The notes below the pieces were generated by a model that was not told the origin of the DNA, searched no databases, and saw nothing but the letters and a program-made list of their open reading frames with translations. The position numbers and the translations under genes are program-made. Of a stretch of DNA of 64,000 bases, positions 18,529 through 33,328 are shown in pieces. Numbering within the stretch: the stretch's first letter is position 1; every line of letters begins with the position of its first letter. The DNA lies in the NCBI RefSeq assembly GCF_009914755.1, contig NC_060934.1, one strand, 5' to 3'. Origin of the DNA: the human T2T-CHM13v2.0 reference genome, Homo sapiens.

Positions 18529-20331
18529 TCAATACCCTCTTTTGGTCCGTCTCGGTGACACCATGGGGTCAAGCTTGACTGGGTAATCTGGAAGGGAGGG
18601 TCCCTCTGGATGGGACAGAAGCTCACAGCCAAGTCTGCCAGCTGCCCCAGTGCCCACCTGGAGTGAGGAAATACCACTCAGGAGGGGAAACAGGCTCAAG
18701 GCAGGACGTGGGCACAGGTTGGTGGGTGAGGGGTGCCAGGGTGGGCATGGGGACAACACAACATGCCAGAGGCCCTTGGTGACAGGGGACATGATGGATG
18801 ATGATAAAATGGTTGGCTGATCCAAGGGGTCCCACAGGAGCTGGCGGGGGTGACTTGGGCCTGAGGGCTCTGGGCTGGAAGGATTTAAAGTGTACCCAGC
18901 TGATCCCAAAGGCATCCGGGGTTCGGAACGACTGATGTGGAGGGGCAGGAAGGGCTGGCCCAGGAGAGAGTCCTGGGGAACAGTTCCGGGAGGCAGAGGA
19001 GAGACCAGAAGGAATGGTGAGGGGCACTGGGGATCCCTGTAGCCAGGAGAGGAAGGAGAGTCACACAGAATGTGGGTCATGGGCTGCCAGAGCTGGTGAG
19101 ACAGGCCTGAGGAGGGGATGTGAGCACAGGCAGGGAAATGGCCACAGAGGGGCCACCCTCTCCCACAGCCTCACTGTGCCCCGTGGGCCTCAGCGGCTGT
19201 GTCTACTGCTCTTGGCAGCACTCCTTGGAGCGTGTCTCGGTCTCGGGGCTGGCATTTCTCTCTGGGCTCTGCCCGGGGCTCCCCACACTATGGCTCCTTT
19301 GAGGGAGCCCATCTCAGCTCACCTTCATAACTGGACTTTGGCCAGACCCTTCTGGAAGGGACCCACCCCCTCCCCCAAGACTCATTGTCCCCAGACACCT
19401 ACACGTGGCTTGGTGTGGGCACGCCCCTATGTGCATGTGTGGGGAGCGGCTGAGCTTCTGAGAATGCCACCAGTGAGGGCACCTTTGTCCTGGCCCACAG
19501 GACAGGGCTCCCAGAAGGGTAGCGAGCCCGGGTGCCCAAAGGCCTGGAATGGGCCCTTCATCAGTCCCGGGGCACGGAGACAGCTTCCATCTTCCTCTCT
19601 GGAGGGCATCTCACAGCACCATGTGCAAGATGGCTCCCAGCTCTGGGGGCAGCTCTGGGCAGTGGCTATGTGCCCCGGGCATGGCTGCCTCCCCTGGCCC
19701 AGCTGGTCCAGCTAGTCCCTACAAACCCCAGCCCACACCTCCAGGAACAGCCTGGGGATTCTATGTGCTTAGAGCGAAGGGCACTGGACCAGAGGTCAGG
19801 ACAATAAGTGCTTCGCATCACAGGACATTCTTGTCTGTTACCTCCAAGGTTGCACTGGATGAGAAAACAAATCACTCCCCACCCAAGATGTGATTCCCTC
19901 AGGGCTCCAGGAGCCATGGGGGTTCTGGGAGTCCCATGGCAGCCTTCCTGAGATGAAGGGGCTGGTCCTGGATGTAGGATGTGTTTGCTGAATGGTGGGA
20001 AGGACACAGCCAGTTAGGAGGCGGCATGGGGAGGGTGGTGCTGGGGGAACATTCCCGGCAGGGACCCCAGGGTGGGCAAATCCTGGAGTGGCAAAAGTTA
20101 ACCTCTGCCCAGGAGGATTCCTCCTCCTCTTGGCAGCCAACATCTCCTGGGGGCCCACGGGAGAGCAGGAACCTGCAAGCCCAAGAGACCTGGGGGATCG
20201 CAACTGTACTTCCCACAAGAGGTGTGTTTTGGGCAAATTGTCTCAACCCTGGAGGCTCCGTTTCTTATTCTCATACACCGAACCCATCCCTACTTCTCGG
20301 GAGTGATTAAGAGGTGTCTAGACATGGCCAT
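18529..20331 (-). CDS. Candidate unannotated six-exon gene, 195-aa proline-rich protein: join(20331-20294, 20172-20103, 19854-19842, 19351-19323, 19036-18658, 18587-18529)
   Basis: All five introns are GT-AG, phases 2,0,1,0,1 are compatible, no internal stop, strong Kozak (ggaATGG). One weak donor (GAG|GTTAAC) and one short intron (70 nt). No expression evidence available. Confidence 0.5.
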
Positions 20332-20460
20332 TCCACTGAAGGGAGGATGCTGTCACTCTGCGTCCTTTGCTGAGCTCCTCATTGTGTCAATTGTGTACAA
20401 GCTGCACAATAAATGGAAGAGACACAATCTTTTTGATGTGATCAAGGTCTAGTAAAAACA

Positions 20461-20652
<192 letters not shown>

Positions 20653-20667
20653 AGGATGATGAAAATG

Positions 20668-21392
<725 letters not shown>

Positions 21393-21445
21393 TATTTTAA
21401 AAAAGAATGATGAAAATGTAATATGTCATTTGGGAACATGTCCTA

Positions 21446-21850
<405 letters not shown>

Positions 21851-22249
21851 TCATATATGTAGCACGCATATTACCAGTGATCATCTTTGTGATTCTGTGG
21901 GAATATGGGAAATCCTCATTTTCTACATTACATATTTACATGATTCTTGAACTGAAGAGAAAACCAATACCGATATATTTTTAATTGTGGTTGTGGAGGG
22001 CAGTACTAGCTTATTCAAGATTATTCCTAGTAAAGGGCCACTCAAAATTTACTGATTTGAGACCTTTGTTATCATATGATAATTGAGAGCATTTGGGAAC
22101 TTTTACAGCAAGTTGACATTGCCCAGACTTCCAGAAGTGTCATTAGTAGATGGTTCTTGTTGAACAGGGTATAGACCGCCTTGGGTTACTGAACTTGCAT
22201 GGCTAGTTGCATGTAAACTAGTCACATGCAGTAAAACCACGTACTACAC

Positions 22250-22911
<662 letters not shown>

Positions 22912-23512
22912 TTATATGAAGAGACCAATTTTATTTATGTAGGAAATACCTGTCTTTTGACTAGATCTCTGAGCTCTGGGCAGAGCCCACACTGAATCCT
23001 GAATCTCCCAAAAGGGAGAATTATTATGAGGCTAGACCATGTGATGCTTTTTCAGTGCACTTAAAATTTTTTTTTAAACGAAGACACTTCTAATGTGTAA
23101 ACTACACTCTTCCTTAAAAACCAGAGTAGGCTTTGGTGCAACAACCCTTTTAGTCAATAAGTCAGGTAACACAATACAAAAGCAGGCAATTTAAGAGCTG
23201 AGATGAACTTATCTGCTTACACTCTTGGGGTTTCATAAGGAAAAACAGGTTTCTCCCCAAAAAGGAGTCTGGTGCCTTCTCTGCTTTCTTGAAGGAAAGC
23301 CAGGCTATTATAAACTATAATAGTTTAGGTCCCTCAAGCAGCAGAGGGTGCAAGAGAAAGGAGAGGCAGCAGAAGTAAATAAAACAAAACAAAACAAAAC
23401 AAAAAACAGAACTCAGTCAACTGAGAAAAAAAAATCTTTAACTAAAAAAGAAAAAGAGAGAGACAAGGTCCTAGGAGAAAAAAAAAAATATGTGAAGGCC
23501 TTTTCAATACAA

Positions 23513-23566
23513 ACACACACACATACACACACACACACACACATGCACAAACACATACACACACAC
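23513..23566. repeat. (CA)n microsatellite, imperfect
   Basis: Seen directly. Confidence 0.9.
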
Positions 23567-24257
23567 ATCTTGGATGTTAGCTTTTAGTTAAGCTGACTTT
23601 TAATCATTGAGCTCCTTTAAAAAAATCTTTTAAAATCTCATTACCATAATTCAGCTAGAACAAATTGCTGCTATTTCAGAAGTACCAAGTATCAAACCGA
23701 AAATGGCTTGATTTAGGAACCACACCCAAGCTGTCGTGGTGGAAAAAAAGAAGCCAGAGCCCTTAGCTATGGAACTGCAGTATGGAGTGACAGCCATTGC
23801 TCTTTCAGTTTGGCCTGGCTAGCAAAAAGGTGGCCTTGTTATGTAAATAAAGCCCCTTAAGTAGTCAAAGTAAAAAATCTTCCCTGTTTTTTTTTTCCCC
23901 CTTTTTTGGCTGTTTTTCTCCCCCACCACAGTGTGGAAATTTAGCCACTTCAGAGGTCTTGTTCCCCATAATTTGGAAGTTTCCTTTGGATTTGATCAAG
24001 TCGGATAGAGTTGATCAATCCCAATGGCAAAAAAACTGAAACAACAACAAAAACAGAAACAAACAAACAACAACAAAAACAATTAAGCAAAACAAAGATG
24101 GCACAACTTATCCAACTACTGAGTGCTCTAATGGTAAAGAGAAATTACAACCAGCTGGTTGTTAATCTTAACTTTAGCCAAGACAACCCCCAGTTTAGTT
24201 ACCCATCCTTAGGTAAGGGATGGGTCTCAGGCTGAAGACTGCTCTTTACCATCCTAG

Positions 24258-24715
24258 TGTAGCAGGACGAGCTGCAGACAAAACTCCTCAGACACCGAAT
24301 TAAAGAAGGAAGGGGTTTATTTGGCCGGGGGCATCGGCAAGACTCCTGTCTCAAGAGCCGAGCTCCCCAAGTGAGCACTTCTTGTCCCTTTTAAGGGCTC
24401 ACAACTCTAAGAGGTGCGTGTGAGAGGGTCATGATTGATTGAGCAAGCAGGGGGTATGTGACTGGGGGCTGCATGCACCAGTAATTAGATTGGAACAAAA
24501 CACGATAGGGATTTTCACAGTGCATTTCTATACAATGCCTGTAATCTATAGATAACATAACCGATTAGGTCAGGGGTCGATCTTTAACTACCAAGCCCAG
24601 GGTGCGGCGCCAGGCTGTCTGCCTGTGGATTTCATTTCTGCCTTTTAGTTTTTACTTCTTTCTTTGGAGGCAAAAATTGGGCATAAGACGATATGAGGGG
24701 TGGTCTCCTCCCTTA
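24258..24715 (-). mobile_element. LTR2 (HERV-E/Harlequin) solo LTR
   Basis: Minus strand begins TAAGGGAGGAGACCACCCCTCATAT and ends GTCCTGCTACA; 4-bp TSD CTAG at 24254-24257 and 24716-24719. Confidence 0.9.
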
Positions 24716-25044
24716 CTAGAAGAAGGAAGAAACTCACATTTGTCTTCCCCGTTGGAAGCAAGCTCAAACTCCATAAAGGAGTTACCTGCATTTCATCGTC
24801 ATCAAAGCAGGAAAAACTTGCCTTTCTTGCGTTGGAAGATAGTAAAACTCCAAAAAAAAGGAGTTGTACTGCAAAATAAACTTTAGATCTTGACCAAATT
24901 TTGAAAGATCAGTGATTCTCTGGAGGGGGTGCTTCCAGGCCTGTCTCGGCAAATTGTTCTATTGGTTTGAGCCATAAAGATAGTTCAAGCTGGTACCGAG
25001 CACTGATAGGAGATTTGTCAAAGGTCAGGGGAGCCTCCACCCAG

Positions 25045-25063
25045 AATCCCTTCATGGTTGCCA
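25045..25063 (-). other. Retroviral primer-binding site complementary to a tRNA-Arg 3' end
   Basis: TGGCAACCATGAAGGGATT three bases downstream of the LTR end on the minus strand. Confidence 0.8.
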
Positions 25064-25066
25064 AAA

Positions 25067-25510
25067 TGTGAGCCTTGAATATCTGAGAAGGGTCTCAGTT
25101 AATTTAGGAAGTTTATTTTGCCAAGGTTGAGGAGGCACACCTGTGACACAGCCTCAGGAGGTCCTGATGACACGTGCCCAAGGTAGTCAGGGCACAGCTT
25201 GGTTTTATACATTTTAGGGAGACATGAGACATCAATCAATATATGGAAGATATACATTGGTTCTGCCAAGAAAGGTGGGACAGCACAAGCAGTGAGAAGG
25301 CTGCCAGGTCACAGGTAGGTGAGTGACAAGTGGCATTCTTCTGAGTTTCTGATTAGCCTTTCCAAAGGAGGCAATCCGATATGCATTTATCTCAGTGAAT
25401 GGAGGGATGACTTTGAATAGAATTGGAGGCAGGTTTGCCCTAACCCTTTTCCAGCTTGACTTTTCCCTTTAGCTTAGTGATTTTGGGGCCCCAAGATTTA
25501 TTTTCCATTC

Positions 25511-25512
<2 letters not shown>
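25067..25512 (-). mobile_element. MER4A-type LTR (5' LTR of the truncated provirus)
   Basis: gtctcagttaatttag...tttattttgccaaggttgagg...cattttagggagacatgagacatcaatcaat; adjacent PBS. Confidence 0.85.
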
Positions 25513-25557
<45 letters not shown>

Positions 25558-25590
25558 ATATATATGTGTGTACATATATACACACACACA
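25513..25590. repeat. (TG)n microsatellite with TA/CA extension
   Basis: About 20 TG units. Confidence 0.95.
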
Positions 25591-25619
25591 AATAAATAAA
25601 ATGAAAAATCTCATTAAGA

Positions 25620-26340
25620 ACAGCAAGCAGTATGGTATTTTTAACTTGCCCTATTCTATTCTCATCCTCTCCTCGCTGGCTCCACTGCAGCCTTGAAAAT
25701 TAACAGCCCATAATTACAGTGAAGACCAATAGCCTGGCAGCCACTGGAAAGACAGAATGGGGCTGGATTTCCTTCAAAGCCTCATTCCCAGAGAACTGTC
25801 ATTTGACTTGGCTGGTGGTTTTCAGAAACATCCCACTGCCAGGATGTCTTTTTCTGTCCTAAGAGCTCACTTAACGAAAAAGCCTTTTCCTTAATGGCAT
25901 TTGTCAAAAACATTTAAAGGCCGTTATTCAAGTTGGTGCCTGTATGAGGTTGTAGATAACATTTTGGGCAGACAATAGGCTAACTAAAAAGCTTTAAAAG
26001 TAAAACAGGAGAATGAGATGTCCATAAGGGCTTTGAAAATTCCAACAGAATGATTCCTAGAAATCTATGAGGCTACTCCCAAGTGTAGGCCTGCGTACAT
26101 GTTCAGTAAAGACCTGGGAAGGCTCAAAGCTCTCACCTCTGACTGGCCTTGAGGCTCTGGGCAAGCAGGAAGTGAAGGCTAAGGCAGAGATGTAAACTGC
26201 CTGGCTGAGTGTTGAAGAGTAGTCCCAGACTACAAAATTATTTCAGAAAGCTCATTAGACACTGAACAACAATAACAGCAGCAACAACAGCAACAACAAA
26301 TAGGGGGTATAGAATCTGATTTCCAGAGTTGTCACATTAG
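25620..26340 (+). mobile_element. Old L1M 5' region fragment
   Basis: Resembles L1M 5'UTR/ORF1-upstream motifs (gcctcattcccagagaactgtc, gaatctgatttccagagttgtcacatt). Confidence 0.5.
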
Positions 26341-26342
26341 AT

Positions 26343-27206
<864 letters not shown>

Positions 27207-27244
27207 ATGATGAACTAATTTACACTCCTACCAACATAGACCAG

Positions 27245-27513
27245 GTGTTCCAATATTGGAGGATAAGAGAAGATGGATGTCCCAGCTCAAGAAGACAGAT
27301 TAAATTCACCCTTCCTCTGCCTTTTTGTTTTATTTGGGCTCTGAAGAGATTGAAGGATGCCCATAGATATTGGTGAGGATGATCCTCTTCACTCAGCCTA
27401 CCTATTCAAATGCTAATTTCTCTGGAAACACAGACATACTCAGAAATAATGTTTTATCAGCCATGTGGGCAACCCTTAGCCCAGTAAAACTGACACATGA
27501 AATTAATCATCAC
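27245..27513 (-). mobile_element. MLT2 (ERVL) LTR fragment
   Basis: Ends cccagtaaaactgacacatgaaattaatcatcaca, the reverse of the MLT2 5' end. Confidence 0.8.
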
Positions 27514-28600
27514 AGGGAGGTCTGGGACAATTCACGTCTTTGTTAATTTAAATAGACACATGAAGAAATTATTTTTCCTCTATCTTTTTTCCTTCTTCTT
27601 TCTCTTTCTTTCTTTCTCTCTTTCTCTTTCTTTTTGTTTTTAACTAAAGGACATTTTGTAAGCACATGAAACCAGAGAATTGCAGTAGCCATATGGCTAC
27701 TATGAGGTGAGAAAAAAGAAAGTTTTTGCATCCTGCAGATCTGCCCCATCTATGGTCTTTGTGTTAACTGAGACGACAAATACGTTACTACCTAAGCTTC
27801 CTTTAGTAACGTCTTCCACTACCTTTAGGTTAAAACATTTTAAAAGATAAAATTAAAACTATAAAATGTTGTACTTTTAGAGTGGAATAAAGTTGGCTTC
27901 CATAAGCTCAGATGTGAATTTTACACTGATTCTGGCCAAATTTTTCAGATAATTTTAGAAAACTGTCTAAAAATACTCTGTAAATCTAGTGTTAATTATT
28001 TGACATTACTTTTTCAAATGTTATTAATATTATAGTGTTAGATGAAGAAAGTGTATAATCACTAGGGATGAGTTTAATTTTCTTAAGAAAGACAGATATT
28101 GGGATCCTCTAATAATACATTAAATGCCCACTAAAGTCAGAGGTATGTATTTGATAATGTACCTTACTATATTCTTGTGGACAAGAAGGAGCAATATGGA
28201 TTACGTAATGGAATAATTTGGTAAATTATTTAATGGTTAATAGTTACATATTACTAACAAGTAAAATGGTTTTAACCGGAAAAATTCATTTTTGTTTATA
28301 TTCTGGTAATATTTTCATCAGTGTTTTAGACATGTTCATCTGTCAAACACATGAAAATTGAAACAACTCTAAGGATTAGCTAATAGGTTGAATGATAAAA
28401 TAAAAACCTATATAGATGTCTGTGTATTATAATTATGAAACAGCTTTTAGTCAATAAAACTAAATAGGAAAGATCCTTAAATATTACATATTCAACAATA
28501 AACCACACACATGTAATGACAATGCTAGGATGAGAGACATATGTTTTAAAAAGCAAGATTTTACTACAACAAGCAGTGTTTAGCTAGCCAGGCTGTAAAC

Positions 28601-28821
28601 CAAGGGTTGGCAAAGTATGGCCTGCAAGCCATATCCAGCCAATAGACTGGTTTTGTAAATAAAGTTTTATTGCAGCATGGACACACTCATTCATTTGTGT
28701 ATCGTCTGTAAATGCTTTCTCACTGCAACAGCAGAGTTGAATAGTTGTATAGAGATTATATGGCCCACAAAACCTAAGATCTTAGCCTCTTTCCCTTTAC
28801 AGTAAAGGTTTATTAATCCTG
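28601..28821. mobile_element. MER58A DNA transposon
   Basis: gggttggcaaa...ttttgtaaataaagttttatt...tggcccacaaaacctaa. Confidence 0.85.
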
Positions 28822-29380
28822 CCTAAAAACAATTTAGCGGAATAATTTGGCTACAAGGAAAATAATGATTTTCTCTTATAAGTTTAATGTCTGGACAAGG
28901 TTAATGAGAGCTACGTTTTTCTCCAGGTAGAGTATCCTGGACGTGCAGTTTTTTTTGAAAAAAAATACATCACATTTTTGAGAGTCTGTCACTTGAAGGC
29001 ATGGTTTAGTCTAATCTTGGTTTATCTCAAATGTAAGTTCAGAAATTGTGGATGTTACAGCAAGACATAATTTGACTCTGAATCAGCAAGTACTTTCAAA
29101 TATTCAGAACTATCTGGAAGTGAAAACAGCTTCCTCTGTAGACAGACAGCAAGTTTCTTATCCCAGAACCCTGTAGATAGACCATCTGTGAAAGTTATAA
29201 TCAGGAGATTCACAAATGTGATAATGATGACACAGTCACATTGACAATGAGGCTTTTAGTCATACAGATTAAATATGTACTCTATTGTGCAAACCTCCTA
29301 GTAATTGAGAATAAACTTAATCTTGGGCTACAAGTAGGTACAAAGTATTCCCAGTTAGATTTTATATGTATACATTTTGA

Positions 29381-29761
<381 letters not shown>

Positions 29762-31439
29762 TAATTCTAAAGTAAACTTTCCCCTTCATTACTTGAAGAT
29801 TTATTTCAGGTGTTTTTCAATTCCTCCTAATTTCAGCTCCTCAATTCAAATTTGGCTCACATTAATGATGGTTATCTGTTCTTGGCACATAGAAAATACA
29901 AATATAGGACTTTTACTGAATTCCATTTTTTTAAAAAGTTCTAAGGAAAAAGCTGTTACATCCACATATATGTGTAAAATGAAACGTGGACCTAAGAACT
30001 ACTGTGGATAAATAGCTTGACTTTTAATACAAGAGAGTATATTGAATTTAAAGCTAAGAATCTGGGAATTCTTGAGTACTGCCTGCTAGGAACACTATTA
30101 TGTCAAAAATAACCAAAAGGGTTATTTGACATGATTTGCTGATCACTAAGCCCACTGAGGGAAGCCCTCCAAGGTTTATGTGAGAAGTAGCCAGTTTTTT
30201 ACTGGTGTAGAAGAAATGCTTTTTATTGCTCCAAGGATGGCACTGAGCCCCACAAAGCAACCACCTGGGAATATCAGGTAAATAGCATGAATCTGTGGTT
30301 ATAAAACAAGCACACTGTTTTAAAAACATATTTAAAGTAATTTGTGAGTTGGATGTTTCCTGATAGGTATACTTTTTAGTTTAGGCATTTAAAAAAAAGT
30401 CTGCAGCGTACCTTTATTTTCACTTTTACTTTGGTGTTTTGATGTCTATAGAAATGAGCGGTTTCTCTACTTCTTTCCCAGAAATTTATCTCCAATGCTG
30501 ACATGAGCACAAAGACCTTATGTACTGTGCTGGGAAATATCTTGTGTCTTAAGAATAAAAATTTTCATTAGAGTTAGTCCATGCATCACAGATATTATCC
30601 TTCCTGATAAGAGGAACACTGAGGCACAGACACTGTGTTGGGCTACAGTTCTCAATGGAAAAATTAAGCTTTTCAAAATGTTAGTCACTGCCATGCTAGA
30701 TGTTTAAGTCATTTTTACAATCTGTTTTGATAGATACTAAGAATCAGTCTTACATTGTATTTTTCTATGGCTTACTGTTAAAATCTTATTCATAAAAATA
30801 ACTATCATGCATGGAAATAGTATATACCAACATCATAAACCAGAAAGTAATTTATATTTAACCCTCATAACAGTACTTCAAAGTAGAAATTATCTCATAT
30901 TGTAGAGGAAACACAGGCTCAGATAGGATATAAATTGCCCATATCACAAAATTAGTAAGTGATGGAGCTAGAATACAAACAAGATCTGCCTATTTACACA
31001 AATCAATAATTTTTCCTCTATAGCATGTTGTCATTACATGCCTTTGGTTTTTAAGTGAAATGCACTCAACTTCGCATTTTAAAATATGCCACAAATGTAC
31101 CCATAAAGTAAGTGAACATGACTATTGAGTGGGACCACAATTATTAAAAAGTTTGCCTTGGGACCTTTGAAACAAAGACAATATACTGACCCTCAGGGAA
31201 CTGAGTTACATGCCCAAAGGGGACATGTGCCATCTACCTGGGCTCAATGGGGGTTTCCCAGTGGATTCTTTGTAAATAGGTGTTGCACATATTTCTGGTT
31301 TTTTTTTAAGCTTTCCTTTATAATTTCCAGACCTAGTTCTGATGGTGATAAACTTCTTTCAAAACCTAACCCTAGATATGGGGTCAGCTTTAGGCAAAAT
31401 TGAGAGTTGCTAGCTAACAAAAGTAGCTAATATTTTAAT

Positions 31440-31660
31440 GAAATGTCTTATTATTAAGCTAAATGCCAAACACTATTCATTACATGTATTAATCAGTTAT
31501 CACAATTTTATGAAGTAGATATGACCATCATTTTTATTTATCAGTTGAAGAAACTAAGACTCAGAAAAGTTAAATACCTTACCCAAAGTCATGTTGCTTG
31601 TGGAGAAGTTGCAATTCATCTTGGTTATCTTGACCTAGAGTCTGCGTGCTGGATGACTAT
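31440..31660. mobile_element. MIR SINE remnant (similar pieces near 30860-30990 and 32340-32480)
   Basis: MIR core gaagaaactaagactcagaaaagttaaataccttacccaaagtca. Confidence 0.65.
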
Positions 31661-32571
31661 TTTAGACTGTTACGTGTGCATGCAGAGCTCAGTGTTTGTC
31701 TGGTCCCACTCCCTCCTATCCTTCTGTCCCCTAGTGACTTCATCCTGTTCCCTACTTCTCAAGACTACTCCTCTTCTTGGACACTTTTTCATATTCCAGA
31801 ACTAACCATTCTGTTTCATTTTTTTCTGCTCATCATGCAAAGTTAGCAGGGCAGCTGAAATAAAGGAATTCATACTAAAAAATGGCATGCTCAGTTTGTA
31901 AAATTTTCCAGAGTTAAATAGGTAGAGTGAAATGCGCAATTTCTTCTTTGAAGAAAACAATGTTGAATTTTACTTAAATGAATGATAAATATAATTTTGA
32001 CATGTATTTGTGATCTGTATGAGTAATATCATATCCTATCCTGCTTCACATTCTCACACTCTTATACCATTAATGATCTCTACATCTATCCCCAATCAGC
32101 TACCACCTCTCTTCCTCAGCTGTGTTATGTCAGGTCTGAAAATTAAATTTTAAAAGTAGTTCCTAAGTTTTCAACATTCTTAAAGTTTTTTTCCTGGAAG
32201 GACATGATGAGTAACCTGATTGTCAGCAAATGCCTTAGGTATTAAGGAGAACAATCATAATGGCAATAGCTAATATTTTTTGGCAGAGCCAAGTTTCAGT
32301 ATCTCTTTGCAACTCTGTGACATCATGATCATATTAATTCTTATTACAAACCTATGAAGTGGCTATCCACTTTATTTTAATTTTATAAGGGAAAAAACAG
32401 GTCCTTAGAGAGTCTAAGTAACTTGGCTCTGGATTTGAACTTCAATCTAGCTATCTCTGTAACTTGACCTTTAAACATTATACCACTTTATATGTCAAAC
32501 TTACCTTGAAAACCAACAAGCAAACCAAATAAATAGAACAATAAGAACAACCTATAATAAAAAGCCTTCTC

Positions 32572-32951
<380 letters not shown>

Positions 32952-32969
32952 TTAGATCAACTGCTGTGA

Positions 32970-33328
<359 letters not shown>

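Noticed and set aside
18529-19080. 183-aa single-exon minus-strand ORF
   Set aside because: Runs through a strong acceptor and the predicted 70-nt intron; only its last 19 residues match the spliced model. Not fully excluded as an alternative frame.
19014-19715. 233-aa plus-strand ORF with a hydrophobic stretch
   Set aside because: GC-rich open frame without supporting splice or domain evidence; the splice signals here favour the minus strand.
20408-20413. Plus-strand AATAAA as the end of a plus-strand gene
   Set aside because: No coherent plus-strand exon chain leads to it.
25044-25063. tRNA-like 3' sequence ending in CCA
   Set aside because: Only about 20 nt next to an LTR: a primer-binding site, not a tRNA gene.
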